From positions 1-52,085 of the forward strand of contig JAGXNO010000025.1 of NCBI GenBank assembly GCA_019894975.1: a DNA stretch of 52,085 nucleotides, in the 5' to 3' direction. Shown here in pieces: positions 38,105-47,897 of the stretch. Each line of letters begins with the position of its first letter. Position 1 is the first letter of the stretch. Position numbers and translations under genes: made by a program. The DNA is from Promethearchaeota archaeon (GTDB lineage Archaea > Asgardarchaeota > Lokiarchaeia > Sigyniarchaeales > SOKP01). The notes below the pieces were generated by a model. That model made no database searches, was not told where the DNA came from, and was given only the letters and a program-made list of their open reading frames with translations.

Positions 38105-39445
38105 ATGAGTGAAGGTAAAGAAAAAGAAGATCTAAAAAATGTTGTTACTACTGGGCCGCCTGTAGCGGGACTTGTATCTCCTTCAAGAGATAACCTCAGA
38201 GAACCTTCAGATGAGTTTAAAAACAAACATTCTTATGAGCGTTGTACTCATTGTGGGTATTGTCGTCATGTTTGTAAGGTGTATAATACTTCATGGAGCG
38301 AATCTGATTATGCTGGGGGTAGGAACAGAATTATCAAAGCATTAGATCGTGGAGATATAAAATTCAAGAAGGATGATATTATTCCTCCAGTTTTTCGTTG
38401 TATGTTGTGTGGTAATTGCAAAGTTGTATGTCCAGTTGGAGTTGACACTTTAAGTGTTTTTCAAAACTTTCGGAAAGAAGTTGTAAAAAGGGGAGCAATG
38501 CCAGAAAAATTAAAAATGATGAAAAGCTCAATTATGGAAAATAATAACCCATTCCTTGAAAAACACGTTGATAGATTTAATTGGTGTGATTCTTGTGAGG
38601 AAGGAGCTAAGGCTTATGAACGAGCAAAACAGAGAATTACCGCTAAAGAAGAAGAAACTCCTTATTCTGTTGGTTATTTTATGGGTTGTACATCTTCATA
38701 TAGAAACAAAGAACTTGTGTCGGCGACAAGTCAAGTGTTAGATAAATTGGGAGTTGAATTCGTTCTTTTTCCTGAAGAAAAGTGTTGTGGTTCTGTTTTA
38801 TTTCGAACTGGATTAGAAGAAGATGCAAATAAACTTGTAAAGAGTAATACTGAGATGATTCGTAAAAGTGGTGTAAAAGAGGTTGTTTTTTCATGTTCTG
38901 GGTGTTTTTCGACTTTTAATCTAGAGTATTCGAGAATTGCAGATTATAATTTAGGATTTGATCTTTACCATTTAACTCAGTATGCTTTAAAGATTGTAAA
39001 AGAAAAAAACCTAAAAATTAGATATACAAAACGATCAAAGGAAGATCCCTTACTCATAACATATCATGACCCTTGTCATTTAGGTAGATATTGTGGGGTT
39101 TACGAAGAACCTAGGGAGCTTATTCGAATGATTGAAGGAGTAAAATTATTTGAAATGAAGCATAATAAAGATATGGCTTGGTGCTGTGGAGCTGGAGGCG
39201 GAGTGAAAGCATTATATGGTGATATAGCAGCTGAGGTTGGTAGGGATAGGATAACTGAGACTCGTGCTTGTATGGTCCGAATACGCGAAGACCGTCTAAA
39301 AGAAGCATTAGAAACGCCTGCGGAAGTTCTTGTTAGCTCTTGCGTATTCTGCAAAAACAATTTATTTCAAGTTGCAAATGAAGATAACTCACCAATTAAA
39401 GTTATGGATATTTCTCAGCTTCTACTCGATTGTGAATTTTATTAG
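38105..39445 (+). CDS. Fe-S oxidoreductase, HdrD/GlcF-like (two [4Fe-4S] plus two CCG domains)
   Basis: CTHCGYCRHVC, CMLCGNCKVVCP, YFMGC...CCG...CSGC, YHDPCHLGR...CCG...CVFC. Confidence 0.88.
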   Translation: MSEGKEKEDLKNVVTTGPPVAGLVSPSRDNLREPSDEFKNKHSYERCTHCGYCRHVCKVYNTSWSESDYAGGRNRIIKALDRGDIKFKKDDIIPPVFRCMLCGNCKVVCPVGVDTLSVFQNFRKEVVKRGAMPEKLKMMKSSIMENNNPFLEKHVDRFNWCDSCEEGAKAYERAKQRITAKEEETPYSVGYFMGCTSSYRNKELVSATSQVLDKLGVEFVLFPEEKCCGSVLFRTGLEEDANKLVKSNTEMIRKSGVKEVVFSCSGCFSTFNLEYSRIADYNLGFDLYHLTQYALKIVKEKNLKIRYTKRSKEDPLLITYHDPCHLGRYCGVYEEPRELIRMIEGVKLFEMKHNKDMAWCCGAGGGVKALYGDIAAEVGRDRITETRACMVRIREDRLKEALETPAEVLVSSCVFCKNNLFQVANEDNSPIKVMDISQLLLDCEFY

Positions 39446-39593
39446 AAGGTTCAAGATTTTTAATATCTATAATTTGTTTCTAATTCTTGAGAGAAACTAA
39501 AATAATTATAGATATTTAGCTTTTCAATTTTGAAAATTAGGATTAATCCATTATTACCTAAATTCTTTTAATTGTCTTTTCTTTTTTCTTATT

Positions 39594-40646
39594 ATGAGTG
39601 AAAAAAAAGAGAGCTCAGAAGTAATCCGTTTGGCACATGGTGCTGGTGGAGTTTTACAAGAAAAATTAATTGATTTCATTACAAGAAATATCCCTTTTAA
39701 GAACGTAAATAATGGGATCGGTGTTGAAGAATTAGATGATGGAGCAACGATCCCTTTAGATGATTATGATAAAGAAATTGTAGTAACTGCTGATGGGCAT
39801 ACAGTTTACCCAATATTTTTTCCTGGAGGAGATTTAGGAACTTTAAGTGTGTGTGGTACTGTAAATGACCTTATAATGATGGGAGCAGAACCGGTTGCTC
39901 TCACATCTATTATAATTATTGAAGAAGGATTTGAATTTGAAAAATTAGAAAGATTAGTTAATTCTATGAACTTAAAAGCGAAGGAAGCAAATATTGCGAC
40001 AATTGCAGGAGACACTAAAGTAATGCCACGAGGTACCTTAAACGAAATAATAATGGCTACAACTGGTATCGGAATTAAAGATAAGAAAATAAAGGTTTTA
40101 GATAATCATCTAAAAGCTGGAGATAAGATTATTTTAACTGGAAGCATTGGAGATCATGGAACCGCATTGATGGCTTCTCGCGAGGGGTTGAATATCTCCA
40201 CTAATTTAAAATCAGATATCTCTTTATTACTTGAAATTTATAATGCGATTAAGATCGAAATTAATAATAATTTAATTCATGCAATGAAGGATCCTACTCG
40301 TGGTGGCATTGCTGCTGCTTTAAATGAGTGGGCATCAAAATCTAATGTTAGTATATGGCTTGAGGAAGAAAAAATCCCAATTAAGAAACAAGTCTCTGCA
40401 ATTTGTGATATGTTAGGATTAGATCCTTATAATATCGCTTGTGAAGGAAGAGCTCTCTTAGCAGTCGATCCTAAAATTTCAGAAACAATATTAAAAAAAA
40501 TAAAGTCTACTCAGATTGGAAAAGACGCTGAAATAATTGGAAAAGTGAAATCTGAGAGTCCTAAAAGGGTTTTGTTAAAAACAATCGTAGGTGGTACTCG
40601 ATTTGTTGACATGCCCTTAGGTGAACCTATTCCACGAATTTGTTAA
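39594..40646 (+). CDS. hypE: Hydrogenase maturation carbamoyl dehydratase HypE
   Basis: LAHGAGG, FFPGGDLG, GDTKV, DPTRGG, and C-terminal PRIC. Confidence 0.95.
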   Translation: MSEKKESSEVIRLAHGAGGVLQEKLIDFITRNIPFKNVNNGIGVEELDDGATIPLDDYDKEIVVTADGHTVYPIFFPGGDLGTLSVCGTVNDLIMMGAEPVALTSIIIIEEGFEFEKLERLVNSMNLKAKEANIATIAGDTKVMPRGTLNEIIMATTGIGIKDKKIKVLDNHLKAGDKIILTGSIGDHGTALMASREGLNISTNLKSDISLLLEIYNAIKIEINNNLIHAMKDPTRGGIAAALNEWASKSNVSIWLEEEKIPIKKQVSAICDMLGLDPYNIACEGRALLAVDPKISETILKKIKSTQIGKDAEIIGKVKSESPKRVLLKTIVGGTRFVDMPLGEPIPRIC

Positions 40647-40657
40647 AAGGTGAAAAA

Positions 40658-41764
40658 ATGGAAATACCAGGATTAAATATTCTAAGGAGTAAAGATTTTA
40701 CTAGCAAAATCATAAAGCGGATCAATGGGATTGTACAAGAAATAAACAAACCTGTAAAATTTATGCATGTTTGTGGAACTCATGAGCATACTATCTCAAA
40801 ATATGGATTAAGAACTCTCTTACCTAAAGAAATCGAGATTTTATCAGGACCAGGATGTCCCGTTTGTATTTGTCCTGCGGCAGATATAGATAAAGCAGTT
40901 GAGCTCGGAAAAAGAGACGATACAATAATAACCACTTTTGGTGATATGATTAGAGTTCCAGCCACAAATATTTCCTTAGCTGAACTTAAAGCTAAGGGTG
41001 CTGATGTTCGTATCGTATACGGCCCTAATGATGCAATTAAAGTAGCTAGAGAAAACCCAAGTAAAGAAGTAATATTTTTTGCTATAGGGTTTGAGACTAC
41101 CGTTCCTTTAATTGGATATGAATTACAATCTGGTCCTCCCTCAAATTTTTCAGTAATTTGTGCTCTCAAATTAATCCCTGCTGCTTTGGAGCTTTTAATG
41201 AGTCAATCACAGTTAAGAATCGATGGTTTTATTTCTCCTGGGCATGTTAGTACGATAATAGGTTTAAAGCCATATGAGATTTTTTCTCAAGGATACAAAA
41301 TTCCTAATGTAATCGCGGGATTTGAACCTAATGATGTGTTACTATCAATTCTGATGCTTCTAAAGCAACTGAGAGATAAGAAGTTTGAAACTTTGAATGA
41401 ATATTCAAGAGTTGTAAAACCGGAAGGGAATGTCATTGCTCAAAAGATTATAGAAAATGTATTTCAATCTGTTACTTCCCCCTGGAGAGGAATTGGAAGG
41501 ATTTATGAAGGGGGATTAGAAATAAAAGAAAAATTTCAAGAGTTTGATGCTGATAAGAAATTTGATATTAAGATTGAAAAGGCTCAAGATATTCCTCCAG
41601 GTTGTTCTTGTCATTTAGTAATGGTTGGGAAATTATATCCGTATGAATGTACACTTTTTAGAAAGGAATGTACTCCAATCAATCCTATAGGACCCTGCAT
41701 GGTTTCCCAAGAAGGAACGTGTAGTATTTACTATAAATATCATGGTGATGATCTAACTTCCTAA
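40658..41764 (+). CDS. hypD: Hydrogenase maturation protein HypD
   Basis: MHVCGTHE, GPGCPVC, GFETT, PGHVS, GPCMVSQEGTC. Confidence 0.95.
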   Translation: MEIPGLNILRSKDFTSKIIKRINGIVQEINKPVKFMHVCGTHEHTISKYGLRTLLPKEIEILSGPGCPVCICPAADIDKAVELGKRDDTIITTFGDMIRVPATNISLAELKAKGADVRIVYGPNDAIKVARENPSKEVIFFAIGFETTVPLIGYELQSGPPSNFSVICALKLIPAALELLMSQSQLRIDGFISPGHVSTIIGLKPYEIFSQGYKIPNVIAGFEPNDVLLSILMLLKQLRDKKFETLNEYSRVVKPEGNVIAQKIIENVFQSVTSPWRGIGRIYEGGLEIKEKFQEFDADKKFDIKIEKAQDIPPGCSCHLVMVGKLYPYECTLFRKECTPINPIGPCMVSQEGTCSIYYKYHGDDLTS

Positions 41765-42633
41765 ATTGACCATGGAAAAGCATTATCATATTTATCTGTT
41801 CCCCATGCATCTGTTGCAGGGAAATTGCATCGATATCCTTTCTCATAGTTCTTATTGAAATATGTTTTTACATGTCTTCCCCATAATATCTTGTCAAAAT
41901 CAGCTCTGGTTAATCGTTGAGATTTATTATTTTCAGCAAAATTATTTGTACTATAATCGAGACTACACTTCCAAAAATGAGTATTTTCTTTGAGATATGA
42001 TACTTTTTCTCCTTTATCTTCTTGAACCCAAGAAACAAAGCATACATCATCTTTACCTTCTAAACAATTTCTTAAATAATGTACTCTTGAATCGAATCCA
42101 CCTTCACTAGCAGCCCAATATCCGCCCCAATAACTAACAAGAACAATCAAGACACATCCTTGTAATTCATTAACAGTTGGCCATTGAAATTTATTCTCCC
42201 TGAAATTTTTAAATGTAAATAGTGTTTTAGGTTCAAGTGATTCTGTAATTATTGAGTTTAATTTCTTGATCCCAAAAAGTTCATTTGGTTTATTGTTAGA
42301 ATCGATAATGCTATCTTTAAGCTCAACAAAAAGAGTAATTGGAGCATGTTCCTTATTAAGGTTATTCGACCAATCTTGTAAAACTTTTAACCAATTAGAA
42401 AACAAATAATCATCAGGATTACCATCTTTACCGAGGAGTACATCTATGTTATTTTGTAAATGATAAACTTCAAAATCTCCTAATTGCTGTATTTTATCAT
42501 CATGAATATCATATTCAAGCCCTCTAACTCCCATATTTAATTGTTTTCTTACTGATTTTTCATATGAATTATGACTCGTTTTGAAGAAAGCTTCATTATA
42601 AGGGATATCTTTTGTTTTTTCTTGAGTACTCAT
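41761..42633 (-). CDS. PI-PLC-like phosphodiesterase (TIM barrel, X domain)
   Basis: SHNSYE, QLNMGVRGLEYDIH, VYH, HAPITLFVELK, WPTVNELQG. Confidence 0.72.
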   Translation of the reverse strand: MSTQEKTKDIPYNEAFFKTSHNSYEKSVRKQLNMGVRGLEYDIHDDKIQQLGDFEVYHLQNNIDVLLGKDGNPDDYLFSNWLKVLQDWSNNLNKEHAPITLFVELKDSIIDSNNKPNELFGIKKLNSIITESLEPKTLFTFKNFRENKFQWPTVNELQGCVLIVLVSYWGGYWAASEGGFDSRVHYLRNCLEGKDDVCFVSWVQEDKGEKVSYLKENTHFWKCSLDYSTNNFAENNKSQRLTRADFDKILWGRHVKTYFNKNYEKGYRCNFPATDAWGTDKYDNAFPWSI

Positions 42634-42782
42634 TTTAGAATCCTTAAGATTGAATAAGTTCTAGGTTTTAAAACAAGAAGTTTATCTAATAATAGTTATC
42701 ATAATAAAATATTAGCTTTTTTTTCTACCAATAATTACCTAATTTAGAATCGAATTTTATATGAGAACTCAAAAAGAGATAA

Positions 42783-45173
42783 TTGAAGGACTATAAAACA
42801 ATTGAAATTAATATTACCGGAATTGTTCAGGGAGTAGGTTTCAGACCCTTTTTATTTAATCTAGCTCGTTCCTTAAATTTAAATGGGTATATATTAAATA
42901 GAGGGAATGCTGGAGTTAAATTAATTCTCCAAGGTAATTCACATATCTTAGATCGATTTTTAGAAGAAATTGATCGTAAGAAACCTAAAATTTCCTATAT
43001 TGAAAATATAGAAACAAATTATTTAGATAATTCTGAAGAATTTCATACTTTGGAAATCCGGAAAAGTGAAGAAGGTCGCGGTGTTAGTTTAACACTCCCT
43101 CCAGACATTTCAATCTGTAATGAATGCTTAAGAGACATGCGTAACCCCCAACAAAAAAAGTATTATAATTATCCGTTCATAGCGTGTGCTGTTTGTGGAC
43201 CAAGATTTACAACCGTAACTGAATTACCTTACGATAGGGAACGGAGTACAATGGTTAATTTTCCATTTTGTCTACAAGCTGAACCAGAATCCTGCATTCA
43301 GGAATATTCAGACTTTAATAATAGGAGGTTTCATGCTCAAACTTTTGCATGTTCAGTATGTGGACCTCAATATACACTTTATAATAGACAAAAAGAGATT
43401 ATCGTAGATGATCCAATAAGTAAAGTTTTACAGGAAACAGTTAAGAGAATAAATGAAGGAGGAATTGTCGCAGTTAAGGGTATTGGGGGCGTTCATTTAG
43501 TTTGTTTAGCAGATGATGATGTAATTCTTAAATTACGTAAAAGAAAAGGAGAAAGAAAATTTAAGCCATTTGCCTTGATGGTTCCAGATTTACAGATCGT
43601 GAATGATACTCTAAAAATTTCAGTTAAGGAAAAAGAACTATTAAAATCATTTCGTAAGCCGATTGTCCTATTAGAGAGGAATCAGTTGGTTAAAAATTCA
43701 ATAATAAGTGAAGAAGTTGCTCCCGGGTTAAACAATGTTGGAATTATGTTACCATACGCTGGAATCCATCATTTATTATTTGATTTTATAGGAAACAAGC
43801 CGTTAATTTATACTAGTGGTAATAAATCATATATCCCAATGGGAATTGAAAATTCCGAAATATTTGAACAACTTCAAAACCTTGCTGATTTATTTTTACT
43901 TCATAACAGGCCAATTTATCAAAGAGCTGATGATAGCGTTTTAAGAATTCATGACGGAAAAGTAAAATTAATTAGAAGATCCAGAGGTTATGTCCCTGAA
44001 TATATATCATTACCATTTGAAGTAGATCTTCCCGGAGCAATCGCTACAGGTCCACTATTAGCTGTAACTGGAGCAATAATGAGACGAAACAGGATTTTTC
44101 CAACACAACATATTGGGAACGTTTCCCATTTGGAAACATATGAATTTCTAAAGGATGCTCTTTTTCACATGAAAACTCTTCTACAAATAAAAGATTCCGA
44201 AATTAAGTTTATTGCCTGTGATGCTCATCCGGAATTTATAACAACAAAATTCGCTAGCGAACTTGGGGAACAATTTAAATGTGATATCTATAAAATCCAA
44301 CATCATTACGCACATATTTTATCTTTAATGGCAGAGAATAATGTAGAAAAGGACGAAAGAATCATAGGAATTGCTACTGATGGGGTTGGTTATGGTGAAG
44401 ATGGTAATATTTGGGGAGGAGAAATATTATTAAGTTCTTACAATGATTATAAACGTGTAGGTCACTTAGAATATCAACCTATGGTCGGAGGTGATCGTTG
44501 TACTAAATATCCTGCTCGAATGACGGCATCAACCATAATAAATTCATTAGGAATAGATGAATCAGAAAATATTTTTAAGAAGCTCAAATTGGAAAACGAT
44601 CTCGAATACGGAATTACTGAATTAGAAACATTAATCTCCCAATTTAAGCATGCCAATGGTAAGTTTCCTTCACAAAACATTCCACTGACAAGTTCTACAG
44701 GCCGGATTTTTGATACTGTGTCATATCTATTAGGAGCATCAAAAATAAAGACATATCGAGGAGAACCTGCTATGAGACTTGAGGCTATGGCTATGAGAGG
44801 AAATCCTGATAAAATTGATTTAAAAATTGGATTCAGTAAGAAAAATAGTATATACATAATAAAAACCTCAGATTTGGTAATTGACTTAATGTCGTTATTA
44901 GAAGAAGATAAATTTAAAAATAAGGATATTGCTGCTAGATTTCAAATTGAGCTCGGAAGAACTTTTGCTGAGATAGCTATAAAATTGGGCACTGAAAATA
45001 AAGTAGATAAAATAGGGTTAACAGGTGGGGTTGCTTATAACTACTCTTTTTCTAATACTATAAAGGAAAATGTGCGCCAATCAGGTTTAACATTTTTGGA
45101 ACATAATACTATCCCTCCTGGGGATGCTGGAGTGAGTATTGGGCAATTGATTGGAGGATTATTTGCATATTAA
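42783..45173 (+). CDS. hypF: Hydrogenase maturation carbamoyltransferase HypF
   Basis: GIVQGVGFRPF acylphosphatase domain, zinc fingers, KGIGG, TSGN, QHHYAH, DGVGYG, PPGDAGVSIGQ. Confidence 0.95.
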   Translation: MKDYKTIEINITGIVQGVGFRPFLFNLARSLNLNGYILNRGNAGVKLILQGNSHILDRFLEEIDRKKPKISYIENIETNYLDNSEEFHTLEIRKSEEGRGVSLTLPPDISICNECLRDMRNPQQKKYYNYPFIACAVCGPRFTTVTELPYDRERSTMVNFPFCLQAEPESCIQEYSDFNNRRFHAQTFACSVCGPQYTLYNRQKEIIVDDPISKVLQETVKRINEGGIVAVKGIGGVHLVCLADDDVILKLRKRKGERKFKPFALMVPDLQIVNDTLKISVKEKELLKSFRKPIVLLERNQLVKNSIISEEVAPGLNNVGIMLPYAGIHHLLFDFIGNKPLIYTSGNKSYIPMGIENSEIFEQLQNLADLFLLHNRPIYQRADDSVLRIHDGKVKLIRRSRGYVPEYISLPFEVDLPGAIATGPLLAVTGAIMRRNRIFPTQHIGNVSHLETYEFLKDALFHMKTLLQIKDSEIKFIACDAHPEFITTKFASELGEQFKCDIYKIQHHYAHILSLMAENNVEKDERIIGIATDGVGYGEDGNIWGGEILLSSYNDYKRVGHLEYQPMVGGDRCTKYPARMTASTIINSLGIDESENIFKKLKLENDLEYGITELETLISQFKHANGKFPSQNIPLTSSTGRIFDTVSYLLGASKIKTYRGEPAMRLEAMAMRGNPDKIDLKIGFSKKNSIYIIKTSDLVIDLMSLLEEDKFKNKDIAARFQIELGRTFAEIAIKLGTENKVDKIGLTGGVAYNYSFSNTIKENVRQSGLTFLEHNTIPPGDAGVSIGQLIGGLFAY

Positions 45174-45248
45174 GTAGGATTAAAAGAATTATTAAGATTA
45201 CTCTTGTATTATAATTATTATAAAAATTACTCAAATATTGTATAAAAA

Positions 45249-46319
45249 ATGATAGTGAATGATGAACATAAAGAAACTCTAATCAAGATTGCTAAAAAAC
45301 TGATTAGAAAGCCACATTCGGTTCCAACAGACGAAAACGATGAACCGACAGAAACATATATCGAATATTTAAGTCTTATGTATAATCCTGAAGTCTCAAA
45401 AATTGTTCTGCAACTCCCTGTTTTTCCTGATGGAATACATATTGCAAAGTTCGCTAAAACTATTGCTATTGATAAAGAAGAATTAATAGAAAAGCTTAAA
45501 GAGGTTAGTAGAAAACGATTCGTGATAACCAGGGGAAAAGTATATGCATTACCTGATCCTTTTCTAATCTATGACGCTCCTTTCATAATTAAAGAAAATT
45601 ATGAAGGCCCTGATGGGAAAAAATTTGCCGATTTAAGCAGAAAATTTTTCATAGAAGATGAGTATTATAGAAAGTGGGAGACATCATGGAAGGGAACACC
45701 TTATATGAGAGTTTTAACCGTTAGTGAAGAAATTGACCCAGAACATGAAATAATCCCTTTAGAAGAAGTTTATAGTATAATAGATAATAATAATTCTTTT
45801 GCAGTTATTGATTGTCCATGCCGAGTAAGAGCGGGGATTAGTGGAGTTAGAGAATGCACTGATAAATATCCGCTTCATAACTGTCTTCAAATAGGTTTTG
45901 CTGCCGAAAATATCGGTGAAGAACCTGGTGCTACTAAAATTTCAAAAGAAGAAGCAAAGGAAATAGTGAAACAATCTGCAGAAATAGGGCTTGTACTAGC
46001 AACTGACAATTCAGCGAAATTTGCTACTGTTATATGTTCTTGTTGCGAATGTTGTTGTGGGATGTTGAGAGGTTTAACTGAATTTGATAACCCAAGAGCC
46101 ATAGCTAAGGCGAATTATATATCAACTATAGATGATGATGCATGTACGGCCTGTGAAACATGTATTGAACGTTGTAAATTTAATGCAATTACTGTGGATG
46201 ACTTTGCTCACGTAAATCCTGATAGATGTATAGGGTGTGGATTATGTGCTGTTACATGTCCCAGTGACGCGATAATGATGAAACGGTTTGAAAGAGAAAA
46301 AATACCTGGTATGTCATAA
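45249..46319 (+). CDS. 4Fe-4S binding protein (N-terminal helical domain, CPCR / CSCCECCC, C-terminal dicluster ferredoxin)
   Basis: CPCR, ICSCCECCCG, CTACETCIERC, CIGCGLCAVTCP. Confidence 0.85.
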   Translation: MIVNDEHKETLIKIAKKLIRKPHSVPTDENDEPTETYIEYLSLMYNPEVSKIVLQLPVFPDGIHIAKFAKTIAIDKEELIEKLKEVSRKRFVITRGKVYALPDPFLIYDAPFIIKENYEGPDGKKFADLSRKFFIEDEYYRKWETSWKGTPYMRVLTVSEEIDPEHEIIPLEEVYSIIDNNNSFAVIDCPCRVRAGISGVRECTDKYPLHNCLQIGFAAENIGEEPGATKISKEEAKEIVKQSAEIGLVLATDNSAKFATVICSCCECCCGMLRGLTEFDNPRAIAKANYISTIDDDACTACETCIERCKFNAITVDDFAHVNPDRCIGCGLCAVTCPSDAIMMKRFEREKIPGMS

Positions 46320-46378
46320 GATTTATTTTAATACCATTTTTGTATTACCTAAGCTATGATAGAAAAAGATAAGAGAAA

Positions 46379-47194
46379 ATGCCCCTAACAAAACGAATTA
46401 TTCCTTGTTTAGATGTAACAAACAACAGAGTAGTTAAAGGAACGAAATTCATTGATCTTAAGGATGCAGGAGATGCAATTGAATTAGCACGGTTTTATGA
46501 TGAAAGTGGTGCTGATGAGCTTGTTTTTTTAGATATCACCGCATCTTCAGACAAAAGAAAAATCTTGATAGATCTAGTTGAAAGAACGGGGGAAGAAGTA
46601 TTCATTCCTTTTACTGTTGGAGGAGGATTAAGATCAGTCCAAGACATAAAGCAAATTTTAAGAGCAGGGGCCGATAAGGTCACTTTAAATACTGCTGCTG
46701 TTCAAAATCCTGATTTAATAAGAGAAAGTGCGAATATCTTCGGTTCTCAATGTATTGTAATTGCTATAGATGCGAAAAGGAATTATGTAAATTCTCCAGA
46801 GGACGCAAAAGAAAAAGTTCTTGTAAAAGTAAATAATGAGTATTGTTGGTGGGAAGTATATATTCATGGAGGAAGAACTCCAACTGGAAAGGATGCTCTT
46901 TTATGGGGTGAGGAAGTTACTAGTTTAGGAAGTGGTGAAATTCTCTTAACTTCTATGGATTGTGATGGAACAAAAGATGGTTACGATTTAGAATTAACAA
47001 AGGCTTTTAATGAAAGACTAAATGTTCCAATAATTGCTTCGGGTGGTGCAGGAAATCCTCAACACATTATAGATGTGTTCACAGTTAGTAAGGCTGATGC
47101 TGCCTTAGCTGCCTCAATCTTTCATTACAACGAATATCCTATAGATGTGGTAAAGCAAGAATGCAATAAAGCCGGAATCCCTATGAGGTTATAA
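46379..47194 (+). CDS. hisF: Imidazole glycerol phosphate synthase cyclase subunit
   Basis: [50 protein letters not shown]. Confidence 0.95.
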   Translation: MPLTKRIIPCLDVTNNRVVKGTKFIDLKDAGDAIELARFYDESGADELVFLDITASSDKRKILIDLVERTGEEVFIPFTVGGGLRSVQDIKQILRAGADKVTLNTAAVQNPDLIRESANIFGSQCIVIAIDAKRNYVNSPEDAKEKVLVKVNNEYCWWEVYIHGGRTPTGKDALLWGEEVTSLGSGEILLTSMDCDGTKDGYDLELTKAFNERLNVPIIASGGAGNPQHIIDVFTVSKADAALAASIFHYNEYPIDVVKQECNKAGIPMRL

Positions 47195-47196
47195 AC

Positions 47197-47826
47197 ATGT
47201 CGTTTAATATTGCAATAATAGATTACGAAATGGGAAACATGAAGAGTATCTACAAGTGCTTGAAATATTTAAATGTTAACAGTTCAATTACATCTGATCC
47301 TAATGTGATATTAGATGCAAATGGTGTTATATTACCAGGTGTTGGCGCTTTTGGTGATGCAATAAAACATCTTAAGGAAAAAAATCTACTAAATATAATT
47401 CATCAAATAGTCAATGAAGGTAAACCCTTACTAGGCATCTGTTTAGGACTTCAACTTTTATTTGCTACAAGCTCTGAGATGGGGAACTTTAAAGGGCTCA
47501 ATTTAATTAAGGGTGAAGTAATTTTGTTTGAAGCTGGTAAAGTTATTAAGGTTCCACATATAGGATGGAATAATGTGGATATCCAAAATTTAGATCATTT
47601 TCTAGTTCAAGGAATCCCTGACAAATCATATTTTTACTTTGTGCATAGCTTCTATAGTGTACCTGAAAATGAAGAAAATATATTAGGACTTACAAAATAC
47701 GGAGATATTGAATTCTGTTCAATTGCTTGTAAAGATAATGTTATCGCAACCCAATTCCATCCCGAGAAATCTAGTGAATATGGGATTAGGATTTATCAAA
47801 ATTTTATAGATTTTTGTAAAAAATGA
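47197..47826 (+). CDS. hisH: Imidazole glycerol phosphate synthase glutaminase subunit
   Basis: LPGVGAF, LGICLGLQ, VPHIGWN, YFVHSF, QFHPEKS. Confidence 0.95.
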   Translation: MSFNIAIIDYEMGNMKSIYKCLKYLNVNSSITSDPNVILDANGVILPGVGAFGDAIKHLKEKNLLNIIHQIVNEGKPLLGICLGLQLLFATSSEMGNFKGLNLIKGEVILFEAGKVIKVPHIGWNNVDIQNLDHFLVQGIPDKSYFYFVHSFYSVPENEENILGLTKYGDIEFCSIACKDNVIATQFHPEKSSEYGIRIYQNFIDFCKK

Positions 47827-47897
47827 GCTATTTTTCATAGTAGATTAATAAAATTGTTTAATAGGAACACTTCAAAATTACTATATAGTGAATTGAT

